Origin: Camelus ferus
Lineage: Eukaryota
DNA length: 64,000 nt
NCBI RefSeq assembly: GCF_009834535.1
Contig: NC_045697.1
Coordinates: forward strand, 114,144,001 to 114,208,000
Direction of reading: 5' to 3'
The notes beneath the pieces were generated by a model. The model saw only the letters and a program-made list of their open reading frames with translations. It had not been told where the DNA came from and made no database searches. Made by a program: the position numbers and the translations under genes. The number at the start of each line of letters is the position of its first letter. The first letter of the stretch is position 1. This document shows positions 53,920-64,000 of this stretch, piece after piece.

Positions 53920-54180
53920 AATGCAGTGTGGCCTAGTGATTAAGAGAACAGGCATTGGGGTCAGATTATGTCTGCTGGTTGTGCTTCTGCTAATTATTAG
54001 CTCTGAGACCTTGGGCAAGTTAGCCAGACATATGAGCCTCCATTTTCCTATCTGCAAAATGGAGCTAAGAACAGTACCTACCCTGCAGGGTTGCGCTGAA
54101 TGAACACTCTAAAAAACGAAACTCTCAAAGCACAGTCCTGGTCACAACGTAAGTGCCCTGTACATATAAGATGCTATTCT
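53920..54180 (+). mobile_element. MIR SINE
   Basis: gcagtgtggcctagtgattaagag...ctctgagaccttgggcaagtta...tttcctatctgcaaaatgg. Confidence 0.8.
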
Positions 54181-54529
54181 GATTGATTTCCCTGGGCTTT
54201 GATTTACTTTTGACAATCACTAATATGGCCAAGAGAGCATTACTAAACAATGAACACATTCTTGAAAATAATTTTCTGCCTCATAGGAACTTCATGCCCA
54301 ACATGAGACGTGGTATAAATATGCACCACACAAACAAGTGCGTGTGCATGTGCGTCTGCAGAAACACATTTGGAAGAAACACATGTTTCTTTGTTCACAG
54401 GCAGACACACTGAAATGACCAAAATAGTCGTTCGTTGGAATTGTTCAGACACTGCAGTGAATTGGACATCGGTGGTGGTCCTGTAGTTACGTGAGCATAT
54501 AAGAAGAGATCTGATTTTTCTAAAGTTAG

Positions 54530-55035
54530 TGTTACCAAGTCCAAACTCACTCTGCTCACATCACGACAGGCCAATAAATTGGGAGATGAGATACTGGGGC
54601 AAGGACTAATGACTTTATTTGAAAAGCCAGCAGATCAAGAAGTGGGGAACTAATGTCTTGGAAAATCATCTTCCCCGAGTCAGAATACAGGCCTCTTTTA
54701 TATTAAAAAGGGAAGTGGGTGTGGTTGGTTGTTGCAGACTTCTTCGTGTTGGAATCCTTTGTTCTTGCAGCTGTCCACGTAGGTCAGGTCATGGTGTCCC
54801 TGTAAACCTCTAACAGGACAAATGTTATTTTCTATTCTGCAACTTTTAATCTTTATGTGAATGGGAAAGTGTTACACCCTTAAGGTCAGAGCCTTGAGGA
54901 CGGGCTCTCCTGTCTATTTCAGGCTCCAGGCAACATTCTTTTACAAAAGGTGCAGAACGAGCCTAGGAAACAGAACAGAGTTAAAGCCAAAGGAACAGAT
55001 CTAATAGGGAGTCAGATTTGTTCTTTCCTAATACA
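54530..55035 (-). mobile_element. Solo ERV1-type LTR, copy 3, with perfect 4-bp TSD
   Basis: ttag|tgttacc...aataca|ttag; homologous to copies 1 and 2. Confidence 0.9.
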
Positions 55036-56580
55036 TTAGAACTAGTAGTTTTATAGTATCATGGAGAGAAGGAGGAACTCTGGAGTCAGGGAAGCCTGTC
55101 ATTACCCTAAACTCCACCTCTAACTCTGTGACTTTATCCAGCCTCTCATCTCAGACTTAAAAATACCCTCATCCCTGACCATAATGCTGAGCTAGGTGAA
55201 TGGTAATGCCCTCTCCATATAAAATTCTGAAACTGAGAACTCTATACCAGTTCCTGACTTTGATAATTCTGTAACATAGCCTATAGAAATAGGATTAAAA
55301 ACATACCTATATTTTTCACAAAGGATAGAATTTAAGCTCTAGAGGCATCTCCCTAGGAAAGTCTCAGTAATATTAAGTTTGCAGAATTTAAAAAGTTGGT
55401 ATTCTTCTCCAGTCTGGAATATAATTAAAATATTAAGGCACTGGGATTATTGCATTTTTAGAAGAAAGAAAAAAAAATACCATTATTAATTTATTTAAAA
55501 AGCATTGATGCCAATCTAGGAAACTGAAAATTCTTAAGGGTGATTTCTAAGGGATTACTGTTTTTGCTGCAAATCAGTCAGCAGTGCACTGTGCTCCTGT
55601 GTTCTATTTTAATAGACGTTATGCAGCTACGTAAGAGTTCACTGTTAACAGAATACATGACAAATAGCCGATGTTCAGAAACAGTTTCAAATTCCCTGAT
55701 AAGAAAACAAAAGTGCATATATGCTTATTTTTTTCCTAGGCAAAAGACATTTAGTGATTTTTTTCCCTTATCGTGCCATTTAATTGGAAAGGCTATGAAA
55801 TACAATCTGGTGGTTTAGCTGCGAAGGATTATGCAATACCTTTAGCTGACATTGATGGCAACATTAGAAAAATGAAGCAAAACCATAATCAAAGAATTAT
55901 TGTAAGATGAGGAGTTTAAAGTATCAGAATAGAATATAGAACTTGAAAACCATCTTTCCAGTGTTAAAAACTAATTATGACTTAGAAGTTCCATTATCTG
56001 TCTTAACTTTAAGGCAACTGCTAAATGGATCATTTCTTTGTTGTTTAGCAATTTGAGTTTCTCTTTGATCAAGGTCCTCGCCATCCAAACGGAACATAAA
56101 GATTTTATTGGTCTCTAACGATGCCAGCTACGGCTGTACAATCTTCCCTTTAGAGTCCAAGCTCTCTCTGCTCTTAGATCTGCTGTCGCTTGATCACAAC
56201 TGCAGAAGTATCTTTAAGTGTATTTGCTTAACCAGATGGTAAATGGTTGTACAGGGATTTACATCCGTCTTCGTTACTGTGTGACTGAGAGTTAAAACAG
56301 CAATGTTAGCTATGGTGGGAAAACACAGACTTGGATCAATGTAAAAATTGTTTCTCTTTGTTTTTTGCAAGAAGCAGGTATGGATATTTGCAGCATGAGG
56401 ATGCAACATTAGGACAAACATTTTTCTAGGAGGTACTTAAATATTTGAATCATACTTCTAATTAAAAGTTTAGTAAAGCAGGAAATATTGCTATAAAATG
56501 CTATGTAATTCCTGACCTATTTTCCAGAAGAAAATCTGAAGAATTTCTACTTGCTATATTCTCCTGTAACTATTAATTTA

Positions 56581-56695
56581 TGTGTTTTTTCATTTGTTTT
56601 TCTCCCCTGTAACAGGAGCACTGGGGATTGAACCCAGGACCTTGTACAAATCAAGCATGTGCTCTACCACTAAGCTACACCCACAAACCCCCTAT
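56581..56695 (-). mobile_element. tRNA-derived SINE (Vic-1-like) with 14-bp TSD
   Basis: TSD taactattaattta at 56567-56580 and 56696-56709. Confidence 0.9.
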
Positions 56696-56892
56696 TAACT
56701 ATTAATTTAAATTGTTAGAAAGATGGCTCCAGAAATCATGATATTCAGAAGTATTCTAATTTACTGTATATCATTAACAATGTTTCGCATCTGTAAAAAT
56801 TAGTAACAAAACTTATGGTGTGGTATGAGATTTATTAAGGGTTTAAATTTTTTTTTGAGCTGTCTTACTGATTTTGCACATTTTTGAAAAAC

Positions 56893-56997
56893 TGTTTTTA
56901 TTTTGAGGGGAAGTAATTAAGTTTGTTTGTTTGTTTGCTTGTTTATTTAATGGCAGTACTGGGGATTGAACCCAGGACCTCATGCATGCTCTATCAT
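56893..56997 (-). mobile_element. Truncated tRNA-derived SINE (Vic-1-like)
   Basis: gtactggggattgaacccaggacctcatgcatgct plus tail. Confidence 0.8.
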
Positions 56998-57346
56998 TGT
57001 ACCATGCATACTACATTCTCATTTCCCCCAAGATTTAGTAAAAGTTTTATCTGAAATAATTTGAGCTAACTTGGGGTTAATTTTTGAAATTTGAAGAGCT
57101 GTGAAAATATATGCATAGATATATTTAGTATATTTTGAACCTACACACTTCTAAAGGTTTATGTATCCAAAGACAGCTAGGATTTAAATTTCTGTGGCAA
57201 AGAAAACCACTTTGGTGGTGTCCTAGGGTAATGAGTATAAACTGAGAAGAGTTATAAAATATTGAACAAACATAGATTTTGTCTCTTTTTTTGAAACCAG
57301 GCAATTATTAGCCACTATATATAAAAATAGATTAAAAAACAAAAAC

Positions 57347-57507
57347 AAATTTCTTCTGTATAGCAAGGGGAACTATATTCAATATCTTGTAATACCTTTA
57401 GTGAAAATGAATATATGTATGCATATGCATGACTGGGATGCTGGGCTGTAGAGTGGAAATTGACAAATTGTTACTGATTGCATTTCAACTTAAAAAAAAA
57501 GGAAAAA
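57347..57507 (+). mobile_element. L1 3' UTR fragment with A-tail
   Basis: ctgtatagcaaggggaactatattcaatatcttg...gaaattgaca...aaaaaaaa. Confidence 0.8.
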
Positions 57508-60500
57508 ATGTTTAGAGTAATGGCAAAATTGTATGAATTCTGAATTATTCTAGTAACTAAAATAATGTGATCAGTGATTTTTATCCCTGCATAACAAAAT
57601 GAACATTCAGCTTATACAGGACTGTCACTAAAACAGGGAAGCACATGAAAACAGATTTAAGTTGAAAGGTTAGTAGAAAATGAGAAAGTTATCGGTTGCA
57701 TTAAGGTCTAAGCTGGTAGTTGTTCAAACAATGACGTGATTGAAGCGAAAGAACAGCAATTTACAATTGTGGGATCCTGGAGTGCGAAGTGTTTGAGAAC
57801 AAGCACACACGAGGAACAACACAAACCTAGATGCACCCGTGAGCACGGATAGCCGGTGTGGACTGGAAGGAAAGCTTCCCGGACAGGGGACGGTCAAAGC
57901 TACCCTGTCAGTTACGGTCGGTCATTCAAATAGGTTTCTTTGACGGTAGACATCTGTGTTGGAGAGAAAGATTAATACCATTAACCTCAAGGCGTGTCAA
58001 GGAAGTGATTAGGTCAGAAAGTAAGTAGGAGGTCAACGAAGTCCCTCTTTTCTCCTTGCTGGGCTTAAAACGTTCTGTAGTCATTGACATATTCAGATTT
58101 CTGTGTGTTAAATTACCTAAACGGGTAAGTTATGCAATGTTTGTACGCTGCTAATTCAATCATGATATGTGTGAGGAGTACAAGGAATTCTTTTTCAAAA
58201 TTTTCCCCAAACTAGCTCGATAAGACATCTATAATTTATTGATTTCTAACTATATGCCATCAAATGTGATTTTTGTCAAAAATTCAAAGCATCATCATGA
58301 GCAAGGGGATATTATCCACATTTTACTTATGAAAGGTCATTTTATTTATACGAGATAATGACTTAGACAAGATCACCAGCTAGTAACTAGAGTAAATAGA
58401 GGAATGGAGACTTGAAATCAAATATGTAAATCATCTTTTTTTTTCCTTCTTATCATTGCTATACCAGATCATTTATCTTAGCAACTAAATTGTCTTTTCT
58501 GACCTTGCCCTGATATCCTGGCAAACAGAATACCACTTTGTCTTTAAAGAAGAGAACAAAGTTTTCTGAATTCTATTCTGGGTGTGTAAAAGACAACAAC
58601 AAAACTAAGGGAATACAATTCTTAAAAAAGGAGTAAATTTTTCAGGGATGACATGAAGAAACAATGAGTGAGTTGAAAAGGGAGATTTTTGACCACATAA
58701 AACAAATGAAGATCAAAATAGTGTAAGTAAAAAGTGAATAGTTAATACTTCAGAAGCAGCAAGGAACAGAATTGACAACGGAAAATACAAAGACTGAGGA
58801 ATTCATAGTTATGAAGATGAAAAATCAGAGTGAGCAAGGTCAGTAGGAAATGATGGTATTTTTAGACTGAAGCAGACATCAGGGTCTAGGGGAGCAGCGT
58901 CTAATTTATCTATTAAGTCAGAATCATTAGGGGCCCTGTTGATACCAGCTGCTTTGCAGTTAAAAACACAGCATATAGCTTCATTGTATAACCAAAGGAG
59001 AGAGACAGACAGAGAAGGACAGAGGGACACAGAGGATGAATATTAATATTTTCTCTAACATGAGTATCTCCATGACTACTAATAACTAAATTTTATAGAC
59101 AATTTTGCTGGTTCCAAAGTATTTCTGTATTTTTTTCTCATTTTACTCAAAGTAATGTTGGAAATAAGAAAACATAACACTAGTCTTAAAAGATTGTTTC
59201 ACATTAATAGTTAATAGAGAAATAGGACTTACATAATGATTACACTACGATCCATTCAAACTTGAATTTGTAATATTTGACATCATTTTACATCTGAAGG
59301 TCAATCTGCTGTCAACCTATAGCTTAATAAAGTACATCTCGTAGGTGCCAGTCAGGTAAGTTGTGGCACGTGAATGGCTTTAGCTTTCACCTTAATGGGT
59401 TTCATCAAAACTTGTTTTAAACATGTCATATAGATGAATTTATTTCCATTTACGAACACAGAGAGCAAGAGGAATAAACATGGAGGTGTCTTAATTTTGT
59501 AAATCTTACGTGCTTCAGAGCCATATTAGACGACTGGGATCTCTCCTTTCATATCTGTGCTATTGGCACTGACTTTCTGATCTGCTAATGTTTTTCAAAA
59601 TTATGAGATCAGATTATAAAACATGAACCTTCATTATAATGAAAATAACCAACTAAGTTTTTAATTTCCTTTTATCAAGAAAATCTTACGGTTATTGGAG
59701 AGAGGTAGTATTAAGCATGGAAAGTCGATTAGAGAAAGCAGTAAGAAGCGTGGAAAATCATATTTTTCAAATGGCTGGATTACAACCATTCACATCAGAA
59801 ACAGGAGTCGGAAAATGTATTTATATCTCCAATAAGGTTATTGTAATCCTCCTAGATAACATGTTTATTTCATGAACTTCCTGGGGAAGATAACGTATTT
59901 ACTTCACTGGGATGTTCAAGGATAACCATGAATTATCATTGTCCTGGATTTCTCCAGCCGAATAACATCCAAATGAATCCATTGTATTATAAGATAGAAT
60001 CACTGTCTTTCAATGAAACTAAATACTGTTTAAAGAAAAAGCATTCAGACACCTCTATGATGAATAATCATTAAACGCTATTTAAAGTTTTGCTAAATCT
60101 AAGATACTTAGACTGGTATCTAATTGTAGATTAAACAAATTTAAATACTTTTTATTCTTCTCAGTTATAAACATAGTCACACATTTTGCATGCACATCCA
60201 TAAATAAATTCCTAATTACCTGTACAACTAATATCAGAAATCCAAATAAAAATATCAATTGTAATGTAAGAACACTGTTCGTCTCTACATGAAATGCTTT
60301 GTTAAAAGAGGTAAAAATAAGATAATGCGCTGTATACATAGAAGGGTTTTAAAGAAATCTTGAGTTAATTATTTTATGAAGAAAATACGAATCATCAATG
60401 AATTAATTTAATATGGTAAAATTAATAATTATTTCCTCATATGTATGACTTACAAACCTCCTGCCTTATTGTGTTCCTTCAATAAAGGATACAACAGTTG

Positions 60501-60911
60501 AAATATATAGGAAACTAAACATCTATAGAGAAATACATGGTATGTTTAGTACTCTTTAAGTCAGCATAGACAAAACAGAGTAAAATGACTGAACACATCA
60601 AGTCAGAAGCATTTAGTAGCACTGTTGATGTTTGGTGTATTGTTGTCTGGCTGGAGTCATAAAATGAGGCAGAGACAGAATCAGAGTGTGACTAGTTCTT
60701 AATTTATGTGCCAAATGCACAACAATTGATTACTAAAATCCGAGTATATATTAAATACAATTTCACGTTTCTGTCACCCATCATCCATTAGAAATAGTCA
60801 TTATGTTTGAACTCAGAAAGCATTTGCTTGATTGCACACCTCAGTGGAATCTCTGACAAAACCCTCTTCTGAACAAAATGCAAAGTAACCCACAGGCACC
60901 ATCAGTGCAGG

Positions 60912-61310
60912 TTTATTAGTCCAGGGTGCTACTTCCTGTCACAAGCAATTCCCAGGTCTGCTGCGACGTAACAGGATGCACCATGACTGCTTCCACCTGC
61001 TCTCGTCCAGTAGGGGTTGTTTGGGGGTTTGGGGGTTGGCGGGCTCTACTCCATGCTATAATCAGAGACCTGGGCTGCTTCTTCCACCGTAGGGCTCTGC
61101 TCTGTGGCAGGTCTGTAGGTTCTCTTAGTCATCCAGGGAGTGCAGAAAGGATGAGGATCCCCCCTGGGGGACTTTAATGGGCCAGGCTACAAGGGAAACA
61201 CCTTGCCCTACCACGTGGCATTGACCAGAACTCAGTCACTTGGCTGTGCCTCACTTAAGGGAGGCTGGGAAAAGTAGTGTGGTTGGATGAGCAGGAGAAA
61301 AAGAAGTGTA
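60912..61310. mobile_element. Old MaLR LTR (MLT1-like)
   Basis: cattgaccagaactcagtcacttggc...aagggaggctgggaaaagtagt motif typical of old MLT1 LTRs. Confidence 0.65.
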
Positions 61311-61964
61311 TACTTTCTTGTCTCTTGTTTTTCCCCCATTAACCCATTGACCTCATCAAAGTTCGTCTGAAAATTGTCCCAACACTACTGCAGTAAAATG
61401 GGTAAGGTCTTAACCAATATTCATCAAACCCATTTATGCTTCCAGTTGGACTTTGATGAAGTCAATGGGTTAACTGGGGGGGAAAAGAAAGCATGAACTT
61501 GAGTGGCTATTGGTGTGCAGGGGCTACATGAATCAATATCTTTATGAGGTCTATTCTTGCTGGACTTAGGTGTCCTCACCTGTAAAATGAATAAATTATA
61601 TGAAGTATGTCCCTGTCGAACATTTACATGTGCAAGATTATCTGTAGGTAATATCTCACGAAGACTAGTCTTAAGGAGAAAGTGACTTAAATTGGAAGAC
61701 TAATAGTTACATATGAGTGAATATTTGATCAATAAATGGCCCTGCTCATCAATTTTACTCATGTATGTATTAAAGTGGAAAAAATACTGGACTCAATCCT
61801 AGAAAATATTAAGAGATGAATCTAAAAAACTTTTAAAAGATGCTAAATTTATCACTAGGGATATATCAAAAGATGAAAAAATCTGAGAAGCATTTACAAT
61901 TGGGAAAGTAAAGAGATGCAATAGTATAGATCAGAGAGCTAGATGACAGCTAAATAGATAGATA

Positions 61965-62939
61965 GACAACTTAATAAGAACAAAACAAACAACCCATTCC
62001 AAAAATGAGCAGAAGACCTAAACAAGCAATTCTCCAATGAAGACATACAAGTGGCCAATAGGCACATGAAAAAATGCTCAATATTGCTAACTACCAGAGA
62101 AATGCAAATCAAAACTACAATGAGGTATCACCTCACACTAGACAGAATGGCCGTCATTCAAAAGTCCACAAATGGTAAATGCTGGAGAGGCTGTGGAGGA
62201 AAGGGAACCCTCCTACACTGTTGGTGGGAATGTAGTATGGTGCAGCCATTATGGAGGACAGTATGAAGGTTCCTCAGAAAACTAAAAATACACTTACCCT
62301 GTGATCCAGCAATCCCACTCCTGGCATATATCCAGAGGGAAACTTAATTCAAAAAGATACATGCACCCCAACGTTCACAGCAGCACTGTTTACAATAGCC
62401 AAGACACGGAAACAACCTAAATGTCCATCAACAGATGCCTGGATAAATAAGTTGTGGTATACTTATACAAGGGAATACTACTCAGCCATAAAAATGAATC
62501 AAATAATGCCCTTTGCAGCAACATGGATGGACCTGGAGATTGTCTTTCTAAATGAAGTAAGCCAGAAAGAGAAAGAAAAATACCGCATAATATCACTTAT
62601 ATGTGAAATCTAAACAACAAGGACAAATAAACTGATTTGCAGAACAGAAACAGACTCACAGACATAGAAAACAAACATGGTTACCAGAGGGGAAGGGGGA
62701 GGGAAGGGATAAACTAGGAGTTCTAAATTTGCAAATACTAGCTAATATATATAAAATAGATAAACAACTCTATGCTGCATAGCACAGGGAACTATATTCA
62801 ATATCTTTTAGTAACTTATGTGAAAAAGAATACAAAAATGAATATATGTATGTATATGTAGGACTGAAGCATTGTGCTGTACACCAGAAATTGACACAAC
62901 ATTGTAAACTGACTATACTTCAATAAAATATATTAAAAA
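61965..62939 (+). mobile_element. Young 5'-truncated L1 (about 1 kb) with 14-bp TSD
   Basis: TSD taaatagatagata at 61951-61964 and 62940-62953; ORF2 C-terminal peptide [14 protein letters not shown]...[23 protein letters not shown] at 62922. Confidence 0.95.
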
Positions 62940-63411
62940 TAAATAGATAGATAATTAAATAACTATAACATGCCGCTCAGAAATAGAAGACAACACTGAT
63001 TTATGGAGGAAATAACAATTGATCAAACATGTACCTGAATTTTGATGAGACAACCTTGGTAATAGTGGGTAAAGTAATAGTTTTTTTGTTGTTGGTCGTG
63101 CTGTTGTTAGTTTTTCCCTTCTTGGTCAGAGGTCTGAACGAGCAGTTTAATTTATCTGTGCTGAAATAACTAGGCAATACCCTTGAAACCATGCAACATC
63201 AGTTTAGGTTAAATGACTCTCAGCCTTACCTGCTAATGCTTTTATGGGATTTGGGATTTGTGAATTTGCTACAGACTTTCTTTAGAACCATGAAATATTG
63301 CATTCCCTATAAATTACCAAGCCAATAAAAAGTAAGCAGTCATGAATTTACCTACTTGAAAGCTTAAGTTGACCAAGCTTGGCAAAAAATATTTAAACAC
63401 AAATTTTGGCC

Positions 63412-63746
63412 TGGAGGAAAAAAAAAAAAATCAGCTGCCAGGTGTTTCTCCAGCAAAGATGGGTTTATTTGGGTTCAACAGAGAATCCCAATTTGGGGTC
63501 TGCAACCATGGTGAGCTATGAGTAAGTCCCCTGCACAGCAAGGGAAGGAGAATGCTTTTATAGATGGGAAAAGGAAGTCATCGGGGCTGTAATAAATAGA
63601 GTCCATGATTTCACATTGTCTGGGTCCTGGCCAAGGAAAAGGAGAAGACTTTCTTGGGCTCTGTGATTATCGCGGGGCCTGAGAGCTCCCCCTGCTGGTC
63701 TCCCGACGATTTAATGGAGATTTTTGTTTATCAATTTTTTACAACA
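63412..63746. mobile_element. Probable solo ERV LTR
   Basis: cagcaaagatgggtttatttggg...ggggtctgcaaccatgg...cttttatag...tttacaaca resembles ungulate ERV1 LTRs; no clean TSD. Confidence 0.55.
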
Positions 63747-64000
63747 CTGAAGTTGCAATCAATGCTGCAGTTGTTTTGTAGAGGATATCTTAAATCAGGA
63801 TTGTCGTGATGACCACCCAGGGACTCTGGAATTGTTATACAAATATTTGTGATGTGTTTCAGTATCAGATTTAGCATGTGTACATTCTAAACAAAATGTG
63901 CCCTTTTTCTTATGTGTTAGGCATATAGCCCTCGAATATAGTACAAAGGTGGTGGGGCTTTAAGAATACAGTGAGCTTTACAATCAATGATATCATTAAA

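Overview
This is AT-rich, repeat-dense mammalian genomic DNA. It is most likely camelid, inferred from recalled tRNA-derived Vic-1-type SINEs and matching L1 3' ends. The window lies inside a large + strand gene I recognise as FSTL5 (follistatin-like 5). Only one coding exon is present: 30160-30408, 249 nt, phase 1-1, encoding the full 10-cysteine follistatin/Kazal module. The rest is intronic: old and young L1s, L2, MIR, SINEs, solo LTRs, MER5A/MER58A DNA transposon relics and microsatellites. I see no prokaryote-type system (CRISPR, operon) and no convincing novel gene. The most unusual structure is at about 11.9-12.3 kb. A 51-bp L1 3' stub is followed by a mosaic of inverted copies of nearby unique DNA (190 bp from about 0.9 kb downstream, 48 bp from about 0.7 kb upstream). 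The mosaic is bracketed by a perfect 23-bp inverted repeat and followed by a 20-bp hairpin, consistent with a multi-step template-switching scar. Other points of note are a three-layer MIR<L1<L1 nest, three same-orientation solo LTRs of one family, and several motif-rich repeat-free blocks that may be enhancers. Repeat family names come from recalled consensus similarity, not a search. Boundaries without target-site duplications (TSDs) are approximate.
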